This document shows positions 49,001-58,091 of a stretch of DNA of 64,000 nt, piece after piece (within the stretch, counting starts at the first letter, position 1; each line of letters opens with the position of its first letter). The stretch is taken from IMG/VR virus record IMGVR_UViG_3300007512_001108, positions 10,682 through 74,681 of that record; one strand, given 5' to 3'. Source of the DNA: a virus. The notes under the pieces are model-generated. The model had not been told where the DNA came from. It saw only the letters and a list, made by a program, of their open reading frames with translations, and ran no database searches. The position numbers were made by a program, and so were the translations under genes.

Positions 49001-50072
49001 CTCTTAACTTTCCACCACTTGCATAATCTAAGAAGTAACAACTTCCTGGATTTAATGTTAATCCTGTTGTAGTAGCACTTGTAAAATCTCCTACTATTTC
49101 TCCGTGATATGCAACATCGATTGTAATTCCCTGTATACCCGTTACAAGACCTACCGTTTCTGCTCCTGCTTCACTATTTGCTATACCAAATGTCCATCCG
49201 ACTGCACTGTCATATCTGACTGCCATACCAAAAGAAAATCCGTGATTGGTTGGAGCAGTAACTCTTCTTTTAACTGCTCCGTTTATAATATCCGTATATG
49301 CATTACTTGCACCATAATGAGCAAATTGAATATGGTCAAAAGAATTCCCTGCGGTATTCTGTGTCATTAGTTTAATGTCACCATAATTTTGTGTGGCACC
49401 AGTGACACCACTTGATACGAGTGGTGCTACCATAGTAGCACCTCTTCCTTTGGTGAACATCAATCCTTCAGAATCACCATCAATTCTATTTGTTTCTATT
49501 CTAAATGAATTGTCTAGTGGATAAACCCAAGCACCTGTTGTTAATCCAACATGTGGACCTTCTACCCACCACATACCAATTACACCACCGCCAGCAGTAT
49601 TACCTACAGTAGCACCTGCTTGTGTTGGTTTCCATAAAAGATTTGCATTATTTCCATCAGAACGAAGAATTTCTAAACCACCACCCCCTTGTGTGGTAAT
49701 ATATGAATCCGCTGCACCACTACCACCACCAGAAGCACCTGCTGTACCTAAAGATGCACCAGTACCACCGATAGAAATTATATAATCATCTATGGTAAGT
49801 TTCTTTGCATTTATGATTGTATATTCACTATTAAATGAAACTGGTCCTGAGAAAGTAACACCCCTCGAAACTTCACCAGAATGTTCGACAACCATTTCAC
49901 CATCGGTTTTCATTCCAACAGAGATACCATCTCCACTCTTTCCAGTATATACTTTCATACGATTCAATTTATTAATAATCGAATCGTTACTTATATTTCT
50001 CCACTCATTGAAAGTATCACCTAAAGTGATTTGTGGTATTTGATAATTGGTGCTATGTGGTCCTGTTGCCAT
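46005..50072 (-). CDS. Large tail fibre-like structural protein
   Basis: N-terminal DTFNEWR..SN motif of T4-like fibres, two A.S..EAE..G repeats, poly-Gly linker, C-terminal RNLLINGNF..WQR...CQRYY module. Confidence 0.7.
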   Translation of the reverse strand: MATGPHSTNYQIPQITLGDTFNEWRNISNDSIINKLNRMKVYTGKSGDGISVGMKTDGEMVVEHSGEVSRGVTFSGPVSFNSEYTIINAKKLTIDDYIISIGGTGASLGTAGASGGGSGAADSYITTQGGGGLEILRSDGNNANLLWKPTQAGATVGNTAGGGVIGMWWVEGPHVGLTTGAWVYPLDNSFRIETNRIDGDSEGLMFTKGRGATMVAPLVSSGVTGATQNYGDIKLMTQNTAGNSFDHIQFAHYGASNAYTDIINGAVKRRVTAPTNHGFSFGMAVRYDSAVGWTFGIANSEAGAETVGLVTGIQGITIDVAYHGEIVGDFTSATTTGLTLNPGSCYFLDYASGGKLRESAPQDAGNVAKPLLVALDNISALGNAGDRGVIVNYRGSLIPNEADDITAQVSNRILINQVNDFVVGDLVRFEPSEYYGWSGTAGSTGTVDDATTYTNGVWRRGQANSEEEAEVIGIIGDVNVAGDPNKFYMALNGKVSVADNSALVPLDIGQVYFLSANTAPEGRGGMGNSGDSLVTYPPQTTGHVKKPWAVAISTTELILVNYKGEVIGSGAGCAGGGGGGGGSGLTSGITASNVVLFSDNIKDAITGVGGYANTSAISLTTENEIDVHSVLGITTGATSLILKTWSEGSLTLGESSQVGAVKVASGAHISPAHSVGHETCNMGESIWDAALLDTTDPLDGHFNAAWTCIDLAAPSTECAAYSYGFTPGLPIEFVPSTLNSNFDAYDGNTVDTTTLRWGFKISEAVGLGTSANLTKDSSLAEIPTKVWVWAGSSTNNSTDSIRDSWSFIATQAQSIGHLEYTSADGRVYPLSKGIPSSVSETIVPIGTGDVGTVTLPKVSVSSDWAESTSADVRVAVSGYITEATVHSVKEFGGGAGCVVDAGRNLLINGNFDYWQRLQGITTGGKSADWFEWDSTFLGGGHPVINQRIEVPQNHLADRWRMYNHYNWRGTATRGGLSRHEFDFAKVDDVLSRSQSKPAKYYLKLTNNVTTYDGTIPGPAIEQRIEGVDSIHAEKATVSFWARRSAGTKATLGYVRAELRGYASGTGDYASSSSVRAAGEGGVGANWRMYEPLRSPHFDLNDSWTKYSYTFDVPAIVGVSAGNHLANSQLNQAVEDWGCQGATTATANVAAVIPGQGFIGLGIRPIHGSYDEYASGTDSKARSWNGEIDIAQVQFERGASRTEFDLRTPEDELKRCQRYYQKTYEPQTIAGTEVLHDIGGFVRRFDSTISSGLQGNTDFKVEMRCPPTVEVYSKEGTVDKINGIESDDDWNTEYPDGTVINGATYIRVIKGRITKNGYGMLQSGNSNGSATMWSNPDGNSVTDEDWIWHWTADAEI

Positions 50073-50078
50073 TTATTA

Positions 50079-50270
50079 TTATTTCCCTTTTAATTCTGAT
50101 ATCATTTTCTTTAATTCAGAAATTTCTTCCTTTAGACTATGTATTTCATTTTCAGTATTATTAATCCTCTGAAGTTCATTTTTTCTAATTCTATGATGTT
50201 TTAATGCATTTTTATCCTTTTTCAAAATTGCATTAGAATATGAATCTCTTATATAATCACTTCTATTCAT
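50079..50270 (-). CDS. Small hypothetical protein
   Basis: RDSYSNAIL motif plus a C-terminal coiled coil, typical of the gene after vrlC-like genes in marine T4-likes. Confidence 0.65.
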   Translation of the reverse strand: MNRSDYIRDSYSNAILKKDKNALKHHRIRKNELQRINNTENEIHSLKEEISELKKMISELKGK

Positions 50271-50272
50271 AA

Positions 50273-53200
50273 TTAACTGTCGAGAGCAACTACTCTCAAA
50301 TCCTTTACTACTGGAACAACAGAAACAGGCGTTCCGTCATCGTTTATTCTTCTATACATACAAATCTTAATTGCAAATGATTTAATTCTATCTACATCCT
50401 CTGTTGGAATTGAATCGGTTGGTAGAGTATATGAAACTTCTCTAAAATCAAATTCATTTTCTGATACAAATTGGTCAGAAGAATTTTCTACATCCATCTT
50501 CACATATCCCTTATCATTAAAATCTGTTTCATCTGATTTTGATGTAAACTTTGTATATACTTCTATATTAACATCATCTCCACCAGCGCCTTGTTGATTT
50601 AAATCTAAAAATACTTTTAAGTTCTTTGCTTCAAAGTCATCTTCTAATGTGACTCTTCTTGTAATGTATTTTGCGATAGAACCAGATGCAGAACCAAATG
50701 CGTTTGATTCATCATTATCTGTACCATCAGTTGAGGATAATTTATTATTAACCTTATTTTCTACACAAACGAAATTCAAATATTTTGCATCTAATACAGG
50801 ACTTACATCTGTAATTTCTGATGATGTATCCGATGCCAAAGTTATTTCAAAACTATCTGTTGTTGGTGCTGTATCTGCTAATAGTGTTGAACTTGATATT
50901 GCTGTATTTGATTTTCCAGAAATAATATTTGTATTACTGTCAAATACTGCTGTATTTGTTACAGATGTTCCAGATGGAACTACAGTACTATGATTTAATT
51001 GATATTCATCAATAACTACATTAGAACCTTGAGTTTTGTGTTGAAGTTTTAATGTCTTGGAACTATTGACTCCTTTAAATGAACATCTATTAATTTTATA
51101 TTTTAGATTTATCATAGAATCTGGTTCTGCTTCTCTGCTGTTTGTTGGTTTGAATAAAGGTCCACTATGAATCGGTAGACTAATTCTTTCTAAACCATCA
51201 ATAGCATCTTCACCAACTTCTCCTACATGTAATTTATAGTTACCACTGTTTGCAGAAACTGATAATGCATATTCTCCCGGTTCTAGGTAAACATAAGAAC
51301 CAAATTTAAAGTTTTCTGCATTTACTCCAGAAGATGAATCATAGGTAACACCACTCTTCCATACTTCAGAGAAAGGTACAACCAAAGACGGTGATGGTAC
51401 TCCATTAATAGTTGGTCTAATATCAACCTTTACAGGAATACTTGAATCTATATCTGAAAAATATAAATCTACTGATTCTAAAAATAGTCCTTTTGGATGT
51501 GATACTTCATCGACATAAAATATTTGAGATAGTGGGTCAATCCAATTAGTATATTTTGAAATGTCAAGAGATTTTCTTCTCATATATGGATTTTTAATTA
51601 TTTGTTCACTCTTAACTGTTTGTCTTCTTAAAAGAGCAGGACGAGTAGAAAGAATATTTCCTTCTCTGTTATTTGATGCTCCATTTGCATATAATATACC
51701 ATCGGAGCAAGTAGTAGCATTTGTTAATTTTCCATTTGTATCGTCTATAAATCTAAATATCTTTTCACCACTTTCAAAGGTATTGGAAGGAATTGTGAAT
51801 AATATATCTCCCAATTTTCCGTTTGCATCTGTTATGAATGGTCCAGAAATAATACCTCCTGTGGAACAATGTGCATCTACATTTACTCCATCAAAGAAAC
51901 AATTAACACCTGTATTTGGTTTTAGTCCATATGCATTTAAAGTAATTCCTTGAGATTCTATAAATGGAATAACACTAACATCAATTACTTTACTTCCAAT
52001 AACTTTCTGTATATGGTCTGGAAGGAATTTATTAGAAAGTCCAATTCTATTCTTTTCTTCTCTTGTTGTTGAAGTATCTCTCGTGACCGATGAAACATTA
52101 GTTTCATTTCTATTGCGAACTACAGGAACTCCAGTATCTTTTACTCTTGCTTGTGAAAGGAAAGATTTTCCTCTTCTATCATCTAAGTCATCTACAACAT
52201 CAACTCCATACCAATTTGTATTCCAGTCATTCCACTGAGTGCCAAATCCTCTTAATGAATTTACTGTAGAAACTTTCCAGTTATCATTTTCTCCTTGAGA
52301 ATTTACCTTTACAATGGGTCTTGATGATGTATCAAACCAATTTATAGTTGGAGATTCCATTGATACTGTACCTAACCAGTTTGCAACAGCAAATGGATTT
52401 GCTTGAATGGTAGTACTGCTTGATGGTTGTTCAATATATGATACTGCCTCTTTATTTTTATATGTAATTAATCCATCAGAACTTAATTCTAAATTATCTG
52501 GAATACTGGCAAACTCTAATCCCACATTTACTGGAACAAAAGATGGTCGTAAATGTCCCTTTTCATAATCTATAGAACAACTATAATCGACATGTGATAC
52601 ATCACCTATATTATGTCCTTTAAATCCATCTACCAAAATACCATTTTTAAATGCTGGGTCTGTTGTGCTGTCTACACTATAAATTACTCTAGAATCAATT
52701 TCATTTTCTAGTAAAGAAAGTGTTGTAAAGTATTCTAAATCATTTACTCTATTTTCTATTTTACCCAAATCTTTCATTGTATGTCTTTTATTATCTACAA
52801 ATTTAATTCCAACATCTTCTGGGTTATGGGTATATGCAGGAATTGTAAGGGTATATAATGTCATTAAACTTTCTGTATCTGCTGGTACTTTTGGAACTAA
52901 TGCGTCTACACCTTTAATTACATCAAATGCAACATCTCCGTTTAATGAATTTTTCAATACAACTTTATCGATTCTTGAAAGATAGTATGTGTAATTTGTT
53001 TTTATACTTGACCTTGTTCTAGTGTCTGGAATTCTACTTGTATTTTCTATAGTAAAAGTATTCCAATCAATAGGGTCTTCTGGAAATTCTGGTTTTATGT
53101 GTCTAAAGTCTAGAACATTAGCAAGAGAATATGTTTTCTTTAGATTCTTGCTTGTATACAGTGGAATGTTTCCATAAGTAAATCCGTTTGCACTGTATGA

Positions 53201-55510
53201 ATCTACTGTGAATGGACCTGGGCCACCTTCGTGTTGGAAATAATGATAACTTGCTTTAAACAAAAATCCACCAGTTGCTTCTGTGTAGACATTTCTTTTA
53301 TTTTCTTTTACCCATAGTCTTGCAGGTAGATATGCATTATCTCTTTGTCCGTTATCAAACAAGAAATCGTTAGATGGGTCAAAAGGAGTACTTTCACCTT
53401 CGGTAGTTGTACTTCCTGTTACTCCTAAAATTTCATAAACATCTGCATCTGGTAATTCAAAATAAATTTGTCCGTCTGTCGATGTTTTTCTTGTTAGTTC
53501 TGTTTCCGTAGAACTTGATAATCGTTTTGTTCTTCTTCCTATTGTATGTGTACCTAATGTATCATTATATACTATAGTTGCTTGAACAATATATTCATCA
53601 CCTTCTTCGTGTGTATTGCCGTCAGCATCTAAATTATCTAAACTTAAAGTTGTTCTATTAGTATCAACATTTACTGTTGCATTAACGAGTGTAGTATCGG
53701 GTAATGAAGAAGTATCTGAAGTTGTATCTGCTTTCCATACAGTATATTTGCTTATGTCCTCTACATCATCATCAAATTTGAATGTTGCAAATCCATCATT
53801 CGAATCTGTTTCTCCGATGGAAATTTTATAATTATTATAATCATCATCATCACCATCCTCACCTGTTCCTGTTATTGCAAACTTATAAGTCTTCTTAAAG
53901 GAATAAGATAATCTGTCAAAATTCTTTACAGCACTTCCTTCTCCTACAGGAAATACTAATATATTATTATCTCTATTGTATACTACATTATTAACATTAA
54001 ATAATGTTTCATGGTTAACCGATGGGCCATCGGATGCTTTAGTTCTAATTACTGAAACAGTTTCGAGAGAATCAAAACCAGATTCAAATTGTATATCATA
54101 GACATAGATTCTATAACCACCTCCTTCACTGTTTTCTTTTTCTACTTTATGAATTTTTGCAGTTGCAATAAATGGTTCACTGTCTGCCTCTGTTGCTAAT
54201 ACAACTTCCATAGGTGCTTTATTTATATCACCTCTAGAAAATAACCAAGCAATACCTTTTTTTCTACTAGCAGGAATACTTCCTATAAAATAGTTTCCGT
54301 GTACCGCATCAAATGTACTTCCTGTATATGTTGATGTTGTTCTTGCTTTATCTACTGTAACATATTCTGTTGATAGCGATTCAAATTCGTGTCCAAACAC
54401 ATATGCTTTTCCTGACTTTAATCCTACAGAAAGTTTATCTTCACTACCACCATCTTCTAATAAGTTTATTCCTCTGTTGTTTCCACTTTTTAAATTTTCT
54501 CTGATATCAATTTCAAAAGGTTTTACTGTATAAGAACCAGATTCATCGTGTGTTCTACGAGCAAGAGTATTTTCCAATTCTGCATAATTTGTTTTAATTA
54601 ATTTATATGTAATACTACCTTCATCATATTTAAGAAGTTCTATAAAGTTTTTATCTGAACCAGTAAATCCACCTTTAAAGTCCATATTTAATTTTACACG
54701 ATATCTGTCTGCGCCAGGTGCATTAAAATTATAAGAACCAGATGAAGGGTCACGCAAAGTATTATCTTCTGATGTACTTATATTTCCTCTGTCTATATCA
54801 AATCCAACTCTTGCGGTAGGATTCCTAAAATATCTTTGAGTATCTGCTGGTTCTGATGCACCATCTGAAGTATATCCATAAGGAACTACTGAACTTTGTT
54901 GACTTTTTACAAAGAATCCATCTACAAAGAAAACTCCTTCATCAACAGAAACTAAATTGGCTTCTCCATTAATTTCAGCACCAGTAATTCCATCAGCATA
55001 TTGAACCGCTCCGCTTATACCTGCCATTTTAATTTTATAAACTTCTGATTCATAACTAGAATCTAATAAATTACCTTGTTGGAAATCAGAACCATTTACA
55101 AATTCTACAAAAAGTATTTTAAAGTTATCTTTTCCGTTAGTGTCCTCATCTATCATGTGTACTATTTTTGCTCTAGATTCAAGACCACTAGAACCAGTAC
55201 CAGTTAAATCATATCCAATTAATTTAGTAGAATCTATAGTTTTTTCTACACCAGATGCATCTGTGTGTTTTGGTTCGACACGAATAAAGGAAATTGGTCT
55301 GGTAGTAATACCTGCACCCAATACTCTTGCTCCGTCTTCAAATACATGATTTCCAAATCTTTCAATTTGGTTTTGAAGTATGGTCTGTGCTTGAGTTAAT
55401 TCTCTTGCTTGAACAGCATAACCTGGCCTAAACAACATGCGAAGGAAATTTTTATCCTCATCATAGTCATCATAATATGGGCTTATATTGAATAGTGATT
55501 GATTTGCCAT
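50273..55510 (-). CDS. VrlC/DUF4815-like large baseplate structural protein
   Basis: FNISPYYDDY, LFRPGYAVQARELTQ.Q, APGADR, LARRTHDESGSY.V.PF, FKNGILVDGF, YITRRV.L, DLRVVAL. Confidence 0.85.
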   Translation of the reverse strand: MANQSLFNISPYYDDYDEDKNFLRMLFRPGYAVQARELTQAQTILQNQIERFGNHVFEDGARVLGAGITTRPISFIRVEPKHTDASGVEKTIDSTKLIGYDLTGTGSSGLESRAKIVHMIDEDTNGKDNFKILFVEFVNGSDFQQGNLLDSSYESEVYKIKMAGISGAVQYADGITGAEINGEANLVSVDEGVFFVDGFFVKSQQSSVVPYGYTSDGASEPADTQRYFRNPTARVGFDIDRGNISTSEDNTLRDPSSGSYNFNAPGADRYRVKLNMDFKGGFTGSDKNFIELLKYDEGSITYKLIKTNYAELENTLARRTHDESGSYTVKPFEIDIRENLKSGNNRGINLLEDGGSEDKLSVGLKSGKAYVFGHEFESLSTEYVTVDKARTTSTYTGSTFDAVHGNYFIGSIPASRKKGIAWLFSRGDINKAPMEVVLATEADSEPFIATAKIHKVEKENSEGGGYRIYVYDIQFESGFDSLETVSVIRTKASDGPSVNHETLFNVNNVVYNRDNNILVFPVGEGSAVKNFDRLSYSFKKTYKFAITGTGEDGDDDDYNNYKISIGETDSNDGFATFKFDDDVEDISKYTVWKADTTSDTSSLPDTTLVNATVNVDTNRTTLSLDNLDADGNTHEEGDEYIVQATIVYNDTLGTHTIGRRTKRLSSSTETELTRKTSTDGQIYFELPDADVYEILGVTGSTTTEGESTPFDPSNDFLFDNGQRDNAYLPARLWVKENKRNVYTEATGGFLFKASYHYFQHEGGPGPFTVDSYSANGFTYGNIPLYTSKNLKKTYSLANVLDFRHIKPEFPEDPIDWNTFTIENTSRIPDTRTRSSIKTNYTYYLSRIDKVVLKNSLNGDVAFDVIKGVDALVPKVPADTESLMTLYTLTIPAYTHNPEDVGIKFVDNKRHTMKDLGKIENRVNDLEYFTTLSLLENEIDSRVIYSVDSTTDPAFKNGILVDGFKGHNIGDVSHVDYSCSIDYEKGHLRPSFVPVNVGLEFASIPDNLELSSDGLITYKNKEAVSYIEQPSSSTTIQANPFAVANWLGTVSMESPTINWFDTSSRPIVKVNSQGENDNWKVSTVNSLRGFGTQWNDWNTNWYGVDVVDDLDDRRGKSFLSQARVKDTGVPVVRNRNETNVSSVTRDTSTTREEKNRIGLSNKFLPDHIQKVIGSKVIDVSVIPFIESQGITLNAYGLKPNTGVNCFFDGVNVDAHCSTGGIISGPFITDANGKLGDILFTIPSNTFESGEKIFRFIDDTNGKLTNATTCSDGILYANGASNNREGNILSTRPALLRRQTVKSEQIIKNPYMRRKSLDISKYTNWIDPLSQIFYVDEVSHPKGLFLESVDLYFSDIDSSIPVKVDIRPTINGVPSPSLVVPFSEVWKSGVTYDSSSGVNAENFKFGSYVYLEPGEYALSVSANSGNYKLHVGEVGEDAIDGLERISLPIHSGPLFKPTNSREAEPDSMINLKYKINRCSFKGVNSSKTLKLQHKTQGSNVVIDEYQLNHSTVVPSGTSVTNTAVFDSNTNIISGKSNTAISSSTLLADTAPTTDSFEITLASDTSSEITDVSPVLDAKYLNFVCVENKVNNKLSSTDGTDNDESNAFGSASGSIAKYITRRVTLEDDFEAKNLKVFLDLNQQGAGGDDVNIEVYTKFTSKSDETDFNDKGYVKMDVENSSDQFVSENEFDFREVSYTLPTDSIPTEDVDRIKSFAIKICMYRRINDDGTPVSVVPVVKDLRVVALDS

Positions 55511-55532
55511 TATTTGAATCTACTCCGTTTAT

Positions 55533-58064
55533 TTAAAATCCTATAACTACTTTAAGTTCTTCATTTTGTTCTATACTTCTAGAAACTGGTCTTATATTCT
55601 GTATGTATAATACTTCTCCCGAACCATTTACAATTTCTGAACCAGAAACTCCAGATACAAATTCATCTAAGAAACCATTTAATAAATAAGTTTGTCCATA
55701 TGTAGATGTATCTGCACCCGCTGTATGTCCAGTGAATCCACCTTTTAATTCGGTTAAGTGTAATTCACCAGTAAATCCTCCAAAAGTGAACCATTCTAAA
55801 ACTCTTCCTTCTACGACATTACCTCCAGTTCCTTGAGATATAATAGCATCTGCCGTAAAACTAGTTGTTGAAAATGTTACATCCCCTGAAATTTGTGATT
55901 TCTTTTCCACAATCATCTTTGTAGATGTTCTATAAACAGGATTTGCATTTTCATCATTTTCTGTAATAGACATATCTACTATTCTTCCATAATTTTGTTT
56001 GTTTCCTGAATCAAAAGTAACAAATGCCATTGTGCCACCAAATGCTCCACCAGCAGTAGATTCGGTTGAAAATTGTTTTATTAGTTCTCCACCCTTATCT
56101 TCAAACCTATTAAATGTAATATATGCGGCTGTTCCTCCACGAACATAATCAGCAGTTGATGATTCTGTAAAACTATTTTTAGTAACTTTAATAATCAGTT
56201 CTTTGTTTACACTGTCCCAAGATTCTACTGTTCCTTGTGCGGTTGAACCTGATACTCCCATAGCGGTTGTAGTAGTTTCAATTGGTCTATCGGGATTATT
56301 TAAATCTGGTGCATTGTGTTGCGTTACAATTTCTCCAACTTGAAAATCTGCACTACTACCAGACCCTTGAGTTGCTCCATTTAAAATTGCTGTTCCGTCT
56401 ATTGTACTTCCAGAAGCACCAAAAATATATCTTACTAATTTTTCGTCTACACTTCCGTCCATAAAATTACCTTCAATATCGGTAATTTCCATAATTCCAG
56501 ATGAGGTTGCTCCTACATCGGTTCTGAACTCTACAATTCTTGCTGTTGCAAACGATTCCTGACCCATAATATAATTGTTTTGTTTATATGTCGATGTATC
56601 TAATTCTGTATTTGTTATGTTTGTTACATATGAATATGGTGCTGTTACACCAAATGGTTTGGATATTTTAACTTCTGTAGATTTTTTATATTCTGTTCCA
56701 GCAGTTCTTCCAGTACCATCATTAAGCATAGGATTTTTAATAATTCCAAATTGCCTAAATTGATTTGAAGTTCTTAGTTTCCCAGATTCGTCCTGTTTAA
56801 TTTCCATTACAATCATAACTTTTGAAGATTGTAATTCTTTAATAGGATTATTTCCGTGACCGCCCTTTGGTCCAATTATTGCTCTTGCAGTTGAAGGTGT
56901 ACCTGAGTTTGGTAATCTTGAACTAAAATCTACCGTTGCAGTTGTATAATCCTTTCCTCTAGAAATAATATTGACACCTATTATCTCTCTTTGGTCATTT
57001 ACTTCTGTTCTTGCTACTGCTCCATCACCATCTCCATAAATTTCTACAGGAGGTAATAGTCTAAATTTTGTTGGTGGGTCTGTAGCATATAAATCTCTAT
57101 CGAATGGTCTATCAAGAACAACAAATGGGCCGTGAGGGAAAACATCTGTATCAGGATTAACATATGGTCCTGTACCTTGATTTGAATCATAAAATGCTAT
57201 AATTTTTCTCTTTTGACCAACATCTGGTCCTCTTCCTTGTGAAGTATATACCTCATAATTTAATAGAGAATCAGAATTAAAGAAAGTTAATTGCTCTGCA
57301 TCAAACGGATGTTGTTTAAGTAATGATAATGTAAGACCGGCATATGTGTTTGTTCCATCATTAGCACCATCAGACGATTCAGAAGTAAATCCAACACTAC
57401 CCACTACTTTATTTGCAACTGTGTGGTGGTCTGCACCAGCACTAATTGCTGTTGCCATTTTATAATGACCATTATCTTTAGCGACTATTATTTTATCGAT
57501 TGCCCCATTAACTGACATCTGTTGTGAAACTAATTGTTTTGCATTTTCATCTTCTAGTGCATTAGTTACATATTCTACTGGAATATATTCATCAGTTAAA
57601 AATCTTCTTGCGTTTTCTGTTACTTTACCCAAGAACTTCCATTTATATCCGTCATCACCAGATGCTTTAATTTCTGGTTCTGTGTGAGTTGGTTTTGATG
57701 TTGATTTACTTCCTCCACCATTATCGATGCATTTATATAAATTATATTCATCCGTCATCACATAATACTGTGAAGTGGATAAGTCTACTGTATCATCATA
57801 TTGTGTGTATGATGCTCCAGAAATCCAATCATATCTTGTAATGACATGAAACGCATTTACTCTTTCTATTCGTTTCATTCCTAATGCATTTCTATATGCA
57901 GAAAATTCTGCCTGAACAGAACCTGTCAAGGTATCTGGACTATTATCATCATCCCAAGCATCGACTTTTCCAAAGAATATAAAATACTGATTGTCTGTAT
58001 CAGCATTAAAATCATTTATTAAATCTCTTGCGAAATGATTTTTAAAAGTTTTTTGTAATCCCAT
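55533..58064 (-). CDS. gp8: Baseplate wedge subunit gp8 (extended)
   Basis: R.DW.SG..Y..YDD, YYVMTDEYNLYKCIDN, DGYKWKFL, GGHG.NP..EL, FRQFGIIKNP, SGEVLYI.N.RP..R...Q.EE.KVVI.F. Confidence 0.88.
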   Translation of the reverse strand: MGLQKTFKNHFARDLINDFNADTDNQYFIFFGKVDAWDDDNSPDTLTGSVQAEFSAYRNALGMKRIERVNAFHVITRYDWISGASYTQYDDTVDLSTSQYYVMTDEYNLYKCIDNGGGSKSTSKPTHTEPEIKASGDDGYKWKFLGKVTENARRFLTDEYIPVEYVTNALEDENAKQLVSQQMSVNGAIDKIIVAKDNGHYKMATAISAGADHHTVANKVVGSVGFTSESSDGANDGTNTYAGLTLSLLKQHPFDAEQLTFFNSDSLLNYEVYTSQGRGPDVGQKRKIIAFYDSNQGTGPYVNPDTDVFPHGPFVVLDRPFDRDLYATDPPTKFRLLPPVEIYGDGDGAVARTEVNDQREIIGVNIISRGKDYTTATVDFSSRLPNSGTPSTARAIIGPKGGHGNNPIKELQSSKVMIVMEIKQDESGKLRTSNQFRQFGIIKNPMLNDGTGRTAGTEYKKSTEVKISKPFGVTAPYSYVTNITNTELDTSTYKQNNYIMGQESFATARIVEFRTDVGATSSGIMEITDIEGNFMDGSVDEKLVRYIFGASGSTIDGTAILNGATQGSGSSADFQVGEIVTQHNAPDLNNPDRPIETTTTAMGVSGSTAQGTVESWDSVNKELIIKVTKNSFTESSTADYVRGGTAAYITFNRFEDKGGELIKQFSTESTAGGAFGGTMAFVTFDSGNKQNYGRIVDMSITENDENANPVYRTSTKMIVEKKSQISGDVTFSTTSFTADAIISQGTGGNVVEGRVLEWFTFGGFTGELHLTELKGGFTGHTAGADTSTYGQTYLLNGFLDEFVSGVSGSEIVNGSGEVLYIQNIRPVSRSIEQNEELKVVIGF

Positions 58065-58091
58065 TTAATATATTTCCTTAGAATCTATGTA

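Noticed and set aside
41230-50072. Diversity-generating retroelement acting on the paralogous fibre C-termini
   Set aside because: No reverse transcriptase in the window, and I saw no near-identical nucleotide repeat pair differing only at adenines; the similarity is protein-level and diverged.
54220-54227. TATAAATA inside the VrlC-like gene
   Set aside because: Mid-gene and far from any start codon; likely chance in AT-rich DNA.
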